NCBI GenBank assembly: GCA_051530055.1
Contig: CM121342.1
Span: 5,703,489-5,767,488 of the forward strand
Direction: 5' to 3'
Length of the DNA stretch: 64,000 nucleotides
DNA from: Neoechinorhynchus agilis
Taxonomy: Eukaryota > Animalia > Acanthocephala
Shown: piece after piece, positions 25,443-36,230 of the stretch
Layout of the letters: each line of letters opens with the position of its first letter
Numbering within the stretch: the first letter of the stretch is position 1
Translations under genes and position numbers: made by a program
The notes under the pieces: model-generated
What the model saw: the letters and a program-made list of their open reading frames with translations, nothing else
Database searches by the model: none
What the model was told of the DNA's origin: nothing

Positions 25443-27219
25443 TTAGATACGTCGTTGGATCGAAGGTAAATTAGACCCGACGCCTCCACTTTCTTTAACC
25501 ATCGGTCGATGGTTCCTTCGGACTGAATTTCGGTGTATAAAATCCCAACATTCGTTGCAATAGTATTGAAGGCAAGACTCGTCCGGGCAGAAATAAGGTG
25601 CAGGTTTATGGTCACACATCTCGCCACCGCATTGATCACACATTTGATCATCGAGTAGATAAGGTTTAATTTCAACTTGTTTATCAATATTTGATCCGGT
25701 TATGCGAACGTATTGGTTTCGAATGGCCATTAAATAACTCTTTTGGTCACTGAATGCAACCCGAGCAGCTCCTTTTGGGTATTTAAGATCTGGATCGGTG
25801 TCTATACCCGCATAACACACTCCACCGAACATCTCATTCATTATTGTAGCTAGTTCACTGGCACGCATCGGCCTTGGAACTCCTCCTACGAATATCGTCT
25901 TTCTGGGATCTATCGGCTGATCGCCGTCCTCTAAATCAATCGTTTCTCATTCGACTTCTCGAGAAACCGATTGTCTTTACATGGTCACTGTCTGCGAGAA
26001 TCCAGGGTTTAACCTGGACCAATTTGGACTGGACGTGAGAACTAGATACGGCCGTATAAAAACTGTCGTTTTTATGGATAGAGCTGTCCAAAAGAGCTTG
26101 GACGCTGGACTCATTGCAGAATATTACGAACGCATATCCTTTAGGCGGTATGTTCCCGCCGACGGATTGTCTCTGTGGCCAATCAACGGTCAATGGGCCG
26201 AATCGGACGAACTGAGACACAATCTCACTTTCTGTGATATCTGTCGGAAGGCCACCTAAGAAAACTTTTCTTGAGTATCTCTCGTTTTCGCTTTGTTTCC
26301 GGATAAAAGTCTTGGGTAAGCGTTGGACCCCGCCAGGAGGACGTCTTGGAGGAAGAAATACTGATGGAGCGTCCGTGGATGCACATCGGAGTGGTTGTCT
26401 TGTGGACGGTTGGTATATTCTTCGGCGATTCACGTGTGGAATAGCTTGGGAATGATAAAAGAGAACTTGTTTAGAAAAGGCTAACTTACTTGGATGGTCC
26501 GGAGCGGACCAAGCTAGGTTATTAGCCAACGATTGGATAACTTCGTTCATGGCTTCAAAGTCAAAAGATCCTTCGATGGAAGGTATATTTCTTCGCGGAG
26601 GAGGTTGCATGGATATATCGGATTGCTGGTATAAGTTAGACAGTGAATGATAATGTGGCGGTGGGGGTGGTGGCGGTAGTGGTGGTGGTGGAGGAGGTTG
26701 CATAGCGCCGAAATAGTCTCTAGTTCCGAATGGAAATGGTATATCAGCCGTGCTGCTACTGGAATCAAGATCAGTCATTGAACCATGAGCCAGAAAGTCA
26801 CGACGATATACATCTCCTGATCTTCTATTGATGAACGGTTGATAATTGTTCGAATATAGACTGCTTTGTCGTTGCCTTCTTTGAGGAGGAGGTGACGGCT
26901 GCATGCGAATTCCTAACGAGTCTCCATAAAGGTCCATTACATCAATTTCTGATCTTTCATCTTGGTCTAACAAATAACTATCATACAATCTACCAGTACT
27001 GCTGCGATTGCTCGTCGATTGATGGGAATCGTTAGTCCATTGGTCCGCCGCCGCCGCCGCCGCTGCTGATCTAACAGTTCCACTGTCAATTCGATCATCG
27101 GAATCGCTTCTGAGAGCAGCTTCAAGTTCATCTAAGGCTGAATACTCGCGGCCATTTCGTTTTTGATCTCCGCAGTTCATCTTCGGATGGTAGACGTGAG
27201 AACACCGACTCTCTCTCAT
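25443..27219 (-). CDS. orb2: Cytoplasmic polyadenylation element-binding protein, Orb2/CPEB2-4 subfamily; one ~52-nt intron at 25929-25980
   Basis: RRM1 RYSRKVFLGGLPTDI...FGPLTVDWP...PPKGYAF. RRM2 DPRKTIFVGGVPRPMRA...GVCYAGIDTDPDLKYPKGAARVAF. ZZ finger CDQCGGEMC..KPAPYFC..ESCLQYYC..CW..IH. Confidence 0.95.
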
Positions 27220-27660
27220 AATGAAAAGCGGAATTTAGCAGCACGCCGCGTGACTGGAAGAGAAGACAACTCACGTGCTTTGTGTTGGATAAAAATTGGA
27301 GGTGGAGGATAAAAATTAAAAAGATTCTTTTATCGTACATGGAGTGCGTCAATCGCTTTACGCCTCGACAAAAAAAAGTGTTTCTCGCGGCGTAAAACAA
27401 CACGAGATTGATGTCCAACTCAATGCTCTCGCAGCTATGCCATTAAGTCAATAGCTTTTCAACAATGATGACAAGAACGAGCTGGTGCCAATTGTACTTC
27501 TCAAAAATGGTTTAGATGTATGAGAAAAGAGATGTCTAGTCATCTTGAGCGTCTTTTCGCTAACACAAATGCAGATCAAAAGTACAATTAACATTGATTT
27601 CTCTTTTAAAGATCCTGTCAAACGAATCACCTTTCTTTTCTGGAAATGTGAGTGGCAAAA

Positions 27661-30600
27661 AAAAAGAGGACTGGTGGAACATTGAGAGCAGAACTCAATG
27701 AGCGACATCCGTGGGTTTATTAGATCTTTATAAATGCTGAGCAAATTCTTTTAAGATCACAAAAACGCCAAGTCTTTTTTTGTAATGAGGGAAAAATTAG
27801 AATTGAGGTCTAAACTTCTTTTTTGGGATTCTTACAATAGAAAGAACGACCTTTTTTTTCGTATTTTTTAGAAAAATTAAGCTCTAAACTTCTTTTTTGG
27901 GATTAACACAATAGGAAGAACGTCCTTTTTTCTAGAAAAATTAAGCTCTAAACTTCTTTTTTGGGATTCACATAAAATGAAGAACGACCTTTTTTCGTAT
28001 TTTTAGAAAAATTAAGCTCTAAACTTCTTTTTTGGGATTAAAAAAAGAGGACTGATGGAACATTGAGAGCAGAACTCAATGAGCGACATCCGTGGGTTTA
28101 TTAGATCTTTATAAATGCTGAGCAAATTCTTTTAAGATCACAAAAACGCCAAGTCTCTTTTTGTAATGAGGGAAAAATTAGAATTAAGGTCTAAACTTCT
28201 TTTTTGGGATTCTTACAATAGAAAGAACGACCTTTTTTTCGAATTTTTTAGAAAAATTAAGCTCTAAACTTCTTTTTTGGGATTCACATAAAATGAAGAA
28301 CGACCTTTTTTCGTATTTTTTAGAAAAATTAAGTCTAAACTTGTGACATAAAGAACGATTTTTCGTATTTTTAGAAAAATTGCTTAAACTTTTGTACAAA
28401 AATGAAGAACGACCTTTTTTTTTGGGATTCACAAATAGAAGAACGATTTTTTCGTATTTTTAGAAAAATTAAGCTCTAAACTTCTTTTTTGGGATTCACA
28501 TAAAATGAAGAACGACCTTTTTTCGTATTTTTTAGAAAAATTAAGCTCTAAACTTCTTTTTTGGGATTAAAAAAAGAGGACTGATGGAACATTGAGAGCA
28601 GAACTCAATGAGCGACATCCGTGGGTTTATTAGATCTTTATAAATGCTGAGCAAATTCTTTTAAGATCACAAAAACGCCAAGTCTTTTTTTGTAATGAGG
28701 GAAAAATTAGAATTAAGGTCTAAACTTCTTTTTTGGGATTCTTACAATAGAAAGAACGACCTTTTTTTCGTATTTTTTAGAAAAATTAAGCTCTAAACTT
28801 CTTTTTTGGGATTCACATAAAATGAAGAACGACCTTTTTTTCGTATTTTTTTAGAAAAATTAAGCTCTAAACTTCTTTTTTGGGATTCACATAAAATGAA
28901 GAACGACCTTTTTCGTATTTTTTTAGAAAAATTAAGCTCTAAACTTTTTTTTTGGGATTCACATAAAATGAAGAACGACTTTTTTCGTATTTTTAGAAAA
29001 ATTAAGCTCTAAACTTCTTTTTTGGGATTAAAAAAAGAGGACTGATGGAACATTGAGAGCAGAACTCAATGAGCGACATCCGTGGGTTTATTAGATCTTT
29101 ATAAATGCTGAGCAAATTCTTTTAAGATCACAAAAACGCCAAGTCTTTTTTTGTAATGAGGGAAAAATTAGAATTAAGGTCTAAACTTCTTTTTTGGGAT
29201 TCTTACAATAGAAAGAACGATTTTTTTTCGATTTTTAGAAAAATTAAGCTCTAAACTTCTTTTTTGGGATTCAAATAGAAGAACGACCTTTTTTCGTATT
29301 TTTAGAAAAATAGCTTAAACTTCTTTTTTGGGATTCACATAAAATGAAGAACGACTTTTTTTCGTATTTTTAGAAAAATTAAGCTCTAAACTTTTTTTTG
29401 GGATTCACATAAAATGAAGAACGACCTTTTTTTCGTATTTTTTAGAAAAATTAAGCTCTAAACTTCTTTTTTGGGATTAAAAAAAGAGGACTGATGGAAC
29501 ATTGAGAGCAGAACTCAATGAGCGACATCCGTGGGTTTATTAGATCTTTATAAATGCTGAGCAAATTCTTTTAAGATCACAAAAACGCCAAGTCTTTTTT
29601 TGTAATGAGGGAAAAATTAGAATTAAGGTCTAAACTTCTTTTTTGGGATTCTTACAATAGAAAGAACGACCTTTTTTTCGTATTTTTTAGAAAAATTAAG
29701 CTCTAAACTTCTTTTTTGGGATTCACATAAAATGAAGAACGACCTTTTTTTCGTATTTTTTTAGAAAAATTAAGCTCTAAACTTCTTTTTTGGGATTCAC
29801 ATAAAATGAAGAACGACCTTTTTCGTATTTTTTTAGAAAAATTAAGCTCTAAACTTTTTTTTTGGGATTCACAAAGAAAGAACGATTTTTCGTATTTTTA
29901 GAAAAATTAAGCTAAACTTTTTTTTGGGATTCACATAAAATGAAGAACGACTTTTTGTAGAAAAATTAAGCTTAAACTTTTTGGGATTCACATAAAATGA
30001 AGAACGACCTTTTTTTCGTATTTTTTAGAAAAATTAAGCTCTAAACTTCTTTTTTGGGATTAAAAAAAGAGGACTGATGGAACATTGAGAGCAGAACTCA
30101 ATGAGCGACATCCGTGGGTTTATTAGATCTTTATAAATGCTGAGCAAATTCTTTTAAGATCACAAAAACGCCAAGTCTCTTTTTGTAATGAGGGAAAAAT
30201 TAGAATTAAGGTCTAAACTTCTTTTTTGGGATTCTTACAATAGAAAGAACGATTTTTTTTCGTATTTTTTAGAAAAATTAAGCTCTAAACTTCTTTTTTG
30301 GGATTCACATAATAGGAAGAACGACCTTTTTTTCGTATTTTTAGAAAAATTAAGCTCTAAACTTCTTTTTTGGGATTCACATAAAATGAAGAACGACCTT
30401 TTTTCGTATTTTTTTAGAAAAATTAAGCTCTAAACTTCTTTTTTGGGATTCACATAAAATGAAGAACGACCTTTTTTTCGTATTTTTTAGAAAAATTAAG
30501 CTCTAAACTTCTTTTTTGGGATTAAAAAAGAGGACTGATGGAACATTGAGAGCAGAACTCAATGAGCGACATCCGTGGGTTTATTAGATCTTTATAAATG

Positions 30601-31390
30601 CTGAGCAAATTCTTTTAAGATCACAAAAACGCCAAGTCTTTTTTTGTAATGAGGGAAAAATTAGAATTAAGGTCTAAACTTCTTTTTTGGGATTCTTACA
30701 ATAGAAAGAACAATTTTTTTTCGTATTTTTTAGAAAAATAAAGCTATAAACTTCTTTTTTGGGATTCACATAAAATGAAGAACGACCTTTTTTCGTATTT
30801 TTTTAGAAAAATTAAGCTCTAAACTTCTTTTTTGGGATTCACATAATAGGAAAAACGACCTTTTTTCGTATTTTTAGAAAAATTAAGCTATAAACTTCTT
30901 TTTTGGGATTCACATAAAATGAAGAACGACCTTTTTCGTATTTTTTTAGAAAAATTAAGCTCTAAACTTCTTTTTTGGGATTAAAAAGAGGACTGATGGA
31001 ACATTGAGAGCAGAACTCAATGAGCGACATCCGTGGGTTTATTAGATCTTTATAAATGCTGAGCAAATTCTTTTAAGATCACAAAAACGCCAAGTCTTTT
31101 TTTGTAATGAGGGAAAAATTGATTAAGCTCTAAACTTCTTTTTTGGGATTCTTACAATAGAAAGAACGATTTTTTTCGAATTTTTTAGAAAAATTAAGCT
31201 CTAAACTTCTTTTTTGGGATTACACAAATGAAGAAGTCCTTTTTTCTAGAAAAATTAAGCTCTAAACTTTTTTGGGATTCACATAATAGGAAAAACGACT
31301 TTTTTCGTATTTTTAGAAAAATTAAGCTATAAACTTCTTTTTTGGGATTCACATAATAGAAAGAACGATCTTGTTTTCGTATTTTTTTAG
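27661..31390. repeat. Compound satellite: ~150-bp unit A (8 copies) interspersed with runs of a ~70-bp unit B (higher-order period ~380-580 bp)
   Basis: Unit A (AAAAAAGAGGACTGATGGAACATTGAGAGC...) starts near 27661, 28041, 28569, 29030, 29479, 30062, 30524 and 30983. Unit B (TAAACTTCTTTTTTGGGATTCACATAAAATGAAGAACGACC...AAATTAAGCTC) fills the gaps. Confidence 0.95.
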
Positions 31391-31448
31391 CAAAATTACG
31401 CTTTAAACTTTTGTTGGGATAGCATTAAATTATCTTCCCTAAAAAGCC

Positions 31449-33098
31449 AAATCATTGGATTTTTGTAAGAAGTTTCTCCAAGGTTCAAAATCATTGGATT
31501 TTTGTAAGAAGTTTCTCCAAGGTTCAAAATCATTGGATTTTTGTAAGAAGTTTCTACAAGGTTCAAAATCATTGGATTTTTGTAAGAAGTTTCTCCAAGG
31601 TTCAAAATCATTGGATTTTTGTAAGAAGTTTCTACAAAGTTAAAAATCATTGGATTTTTGTGAGAAGTTTCTCCAAGGTTCAAAATCATTGGATTTTTGT
31701 AAGAAGTTTCTCCAAGGTTCAAAATCATTGGATTTTTGTAAGAAGTTTCTCCAAGATTTAAAATCATTGGATTTTTGTAAAAGTTTCTACAAGGTTTAAA
31801 ATCATTGGATTTTTGTAAGAAGTTTCTCCAAGGTTCAAAATCATTGGATTTTTGTAAGAAGTTTCTCCAAGGTTCAAAATCATTGGATTTTTGTAAGAAG
31901 TTTCTACAAGGTTCAAAATCATTGGATTTTTGTAAGAAGTTTCTCCAAGGTTCAAAATCATTGGATTTTTGTAAGAAGTTTCTACAAAGTTAAAAATCAT
32001 TGGATTTTTGTGAGAAGTTTCTACAAGGTTAAAAATCATTGGATTTTTGTAAGAAGTTTCTACAAAGTTAAAAATCATTGGATTTTTGTGAGAAGTTTCT
32101 ACAAAGTTAAAAATCATTGGATTTTTGTGAGAAGTTTCTCCAAGGTTCAAAATCATTGGATTTTTGTAAGAAGTTTCTCCAAGGTTCAAAATCATTGGAT
32201 TTTTGTAAGAAGTTTCTACAAAGTTAAAAATCATTGGATTTTTGTAAGAAGTTTCTCCAAGGTTTAAAATCATTGGATTTTTGTAAGAAGTTTCTACAAA
32301 GTTAAAAATCATTGGATTTTTGTAAGAAGTTTCTCCAAGGTTCAAAATCATTGGATTTTTGTAAGAAGTTTCTCCAAGGTTAAAAATCATTGGATTTTTG
32401 TAAGAAGTTTCTCCAAGGTTCAAAATCATTGGATTTTTGTAAGAAGTTTCTCCAAGTTAAAAATCATTGGATTTTTGTAGAAGTTTCTCCAAGGTTCAAA
32501 ATCATTGGATTTTTGTAAGAAGTTTCTACAAAGTTAAAAATCATTGGATTTTTGTGAGAAGTTTCTCCAAGGTTCAAAGTCATTGGATTTTTGTAAGAAG
32601 TTTCTCCAAGGTTCAAAATCATTGGATTTTTGTAAGAAGTTTCTCCAAGGTTCAAAATCATTGGATTTTTGTAAGAAGTTTCTCCAAGGTTTAAAATCAT
32701 TGGATTTTTGTAAAAGTTTCTCCAAGGTTCAAAATCATTGGATTTTTGTAAGAAGTTTCTACAAAGTTAAAAATCATTGGATTTTTGTAAGAAGTTTCTC
32801 CAAGGTTCAAAATCATTGGATTTTTGTAAGAAGTTTCTACAAAGTTAAAAATCATTGGATTTTTGTGAGAAGTTTCTCCAAGGTTCAAAATCATTGGATT
32901 TTTGTAAGAAGTTTCTACAAAGTTAAAAATCATTGGATTTTTGTAAGAAGTTTCTCCAAGGTTCAAAATCATTGGATTTTTGTAAAAGTTTCTCCAAGAT
33001 TTAAAATCATTGGATTTTTGTGAGAAGTTTCTACAGAGTTAAAAATCATTGGATTTTTGTAAGAAGTTTCTCCAAGGTTCAAAATCATTGGATTTTTG
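31449..33098. repeat. Minisatellite, 39-bp unit, ~42 copies
   Basis: GGTTCAAAATCATTGGATTTTTGTAAGAAGTTTCTCCAA repeated head to tail with two main variants (CCAAGGTTC / ACAAAGTTA). It produces spurious 13-aa repeat ORFs. Confidence 0.98.
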
Positions 33099-33446
33099 GG
33101 TGGCCATCACACTCTATAAATAAGCATCATTGAAAGCTATTTTTGATGCAACTAAAAACTGTTGCTGGAAAAACACAAATACCAAGAAGCATATTAGTTT
33201 TGTGTGTGTTAGACACACATTCCATTGTGAATGTTCAGATAGCTTTTCACATGAATAAACGCGTGGAAACTCGTAGGATAAACACGATTAGTTCAATTCA
33301 TCGAAATCTTTCAATCACACAAAGTGTCTGGAATTTAAAAAGTCTGATTTAGTCGTTTTAAAAACGTATATTGCCGCTATTGGTTGAAATGTTAACAACG
33401 AACGATAATAAATGCGTTATGGCGAACAGAAAAATATTAAGTCAGC

Positions 33447-34245
33447 CCATCGATCGGGTTCAGGAAGCGAATAAAATCACTTAATATCGATGAATCATTC
33501 CGTAAAAGAGTTCCTCATATACCTCGCGGCGAGGCGGGACTCGAGTGATTTTCCTCCGTTCCGCCTCCTCGAGGTATCTGAGGATCCGGACGAGGATGTA
33601 GAAACTCTTTTGCAGGATGATAGATCGATATTAAGTGATTTTATTCGCTTCCCTGAACCCGATCGATGGACTGTGTGCCCAAGGAAAAGTATTAGCCGTG
33701 GATAAAAGGTCACCGCCATCGATCCGGTTCAGGAAGCGAATAAAATCACTTAATATCGATGAATCATTCCGTAAAAGAGTTCCTCATATACCTCGCGACG
33801 AGGCGGGACTCGAGTGATTTTCCTCCGTTCCGCCTCCTCGAGGTATCTGAGGATCCGGACGAGGATGTAGAAACTCTTTTGCAGGATGATCGATCGATAT
33901 TAAGTGATTTTATTCGCTTCCCTGAACCCGATCGATGGACTGTGTGCCCAAGGAAAAGTATTAGCCGTGGATAAAAGGTCACCGCCATCGATCCGGTTCA
34001 AGAAGCGAATAAAATCACTTAATATCGATGAATCATTCCGTAAAAGAGTTCCTCAGATACCTCGCGACGAGGCGGGACTCGAGTGATTTTCCTCCGTTCC
34101 GCCTCCTCGAGGTATCTGAGGATCCGGACGAGGATGTAGAAACTCTTTTACAGGATGCTCGATCGATATTAAATGATTTTATTCGCTTCCCTGGACCCGA
34201 TCGATGGACTGTGTGCCCAAGGAAAAGTATCAGCCGTGGATAAAA
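33447..34245. repeat. Three tandem 269-bp units, each folding into a ~220-nt rod-like hairpin
   Basis: The GATC(G/C)GGTTCA anchor occurs at 33452, 33721 and 33990. In unit 1, ATCGATCGGGTTCAGGAAGCGAATAAAATCACTTAATATCGAT is the reverse complement of ATCGATATTAAGTGATTTTATTCGCTTCCCTGAACCCGATCGAT apart from one bulged C. Confidence 0.95.
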
Positions 34246-36230
34246 GATAACCATACATCGATATAAGTTACCGACTGGCCAATCTTCATAAAAAAAGATT
34301 TGATGAAAAGAATAAGCATTATTGTATATAGTTGTAAAGAAAAGCTTTTGGGAAGTCTACTATTTTTCTAACATGGCATTTTTGGTGGCACAAATGGATC
34401 GACAACGACTCAGATGGAATGTTAGGCGCTAAATCGGTTGCAGAGCAAACAAAAACCCGAAACCTTAATCGATTTTATGGGGAAATTTCCTTTAAGACGC
34501 TGACGACACGATCAATAGCAGAAATCGTGGGCAATATTAGAATGGACCTCTGGAGAATTTTGATGTATTGCGTTGGAAGGGAATGAAAATGCGTTTTTCG
34601 CGACAATGACAGTTGACTTTAGCATAGACTGTTAATTTCGTTTTTGTATCGTTTTGACACTAAGGTTTCTTGTTCTTTAAAAAGGAAGTTGAAAAGCGCC
34701 TATTCCGGTTACTGCACTCAAAAAAGCCCGTAATGATTCTTGAGACGTTAAAAGGATTCGACGCTTCTACCGCTGAGAATTACAAATATTCCTTTTTTAA
34801 CATGAAATTTTCACCTCTTTTTTTTGGTTACAACCTATAAAGCATGGCAAAATGCACAAAATGAACTTGTGATTTTGTTTCGTTCGAATCAGACTTTTTA
34901 AAACCGTTTCATTGGAAACCTGAGCTCGTCTCTTTTCGAGGTATAAAATCTGGGACATTTAACGTTTAATGTATTTCTAGAGCAAAAATCATTCAATCTC
35001 ACCTTTCAGAAATAAACTCCAAACTGTTATGCGTCCCATTTTAAATCTATCGGTCTAAGAAATTTCACCGGAGAAAGTAGCAAGAGAAATAACGTGTTGT
35101 CGCACTAACTTTTCCATTTGCTCGCTTCCTATAATTCTGATAGGCATTTGTCTCAACTTTCGCTATAATGCTTAGGACAAAAAATCGATAATGACAAAGT
35201 TCCCTTTCCTACCCCTTCTACATTCTTTACTCTGCCAAACCGAGTGTAAAACTGCTTTAATACATGGCGTCGCTGCTTCGAAGCCCTCTAAAATCAAATT
35301 TTCTCCATTGGTTAGGCCGTTTAAGTTGCACTACGCCGTTTTTTAGATGGAATTTTGGCGGTCTCGAGACCACTGATCCGCTCATAGGATTAAAATCCCC
35401 TCCTTTTTTTTAGAAAAGGATCTTATTGCGCCAACACGTTTGAGAAGTGCTCTCTAAAATGGCTTTTACGAAACCGGATACGACGGAAAAAAAGACAGGC
35501 TTAATTCTGGAACAGTCGCGGATTTCTGATTAATCCAACTTTTAAATGATCAAAAGTTCAAATATTGATTGCATTAGAATAAAGAAGTTTTGATTTAAGT
35601 GAGTGGGGTTGTATGATCGTCTGTAAAAAGAAAACGAAACAAATCTTTGGGCAGTAAAACCGAAGATCAAAACTCATAAAAAATATTGATTTCATGCCTG
35701 TTCGGTAAGCAGCAATCCAGGTTTCATTGGAAACTCTAAAAAACGACTCTAATATTTTAAAAAATAGCCGGGTTTTTTTTCAATTAGTCCAAGCATATAA
35801 AATCGATTACGTTCATTGATTACATCAGTCGTAGTGAATATTTGACGTGGTTATTGATTTATTATGACGGAAATTTGTTAACTAATTTGAACAATATTAT
35901 AAATATTATCCGAAAACACGAGCCATGAAATTTTGCATTGAATCTTAATTGCAATCATTGACATTTTAGAAAAGAACATCCAAAGCAGAAAATTGGCTAA
36001 AACTCTCACAGATTAATCGAACAGCGATAGAATTATTTTTTTGAACAGGAAATTGTCTTTGAGTAAACCAAAAGCAAACAAAAAATCAACCAAATTTAAT
36101 GTTTTTCCCTCGATATTTTCGGAAATCAGAAAAGAGTTAAAAAAAATAATATCCATGGTAACCAAACAACAAATAAAGATCTTTAGTTGTTGAGACATTA
36201 TTTCAGAGCAAAAGGCGACGACCATCATCA

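Noticed and set aside
31449-33098. CRISPR-like array or repeat-protein ORFs in the 39-bp repeats
   Set aside because: Units are head to tail with no unique spacers and there are no cas genes. The context is eukaryotic, and the ORFs on both strands are by-products of a 39-bp (13-codon) period.
35283-35415. Short ORF MASLLRSPLKSNFLHW... resembling a targeting peptide (approximate coordinates)
   Set aside because: It is only ~50 codons and I could not splice it convincingly to downstream exons.
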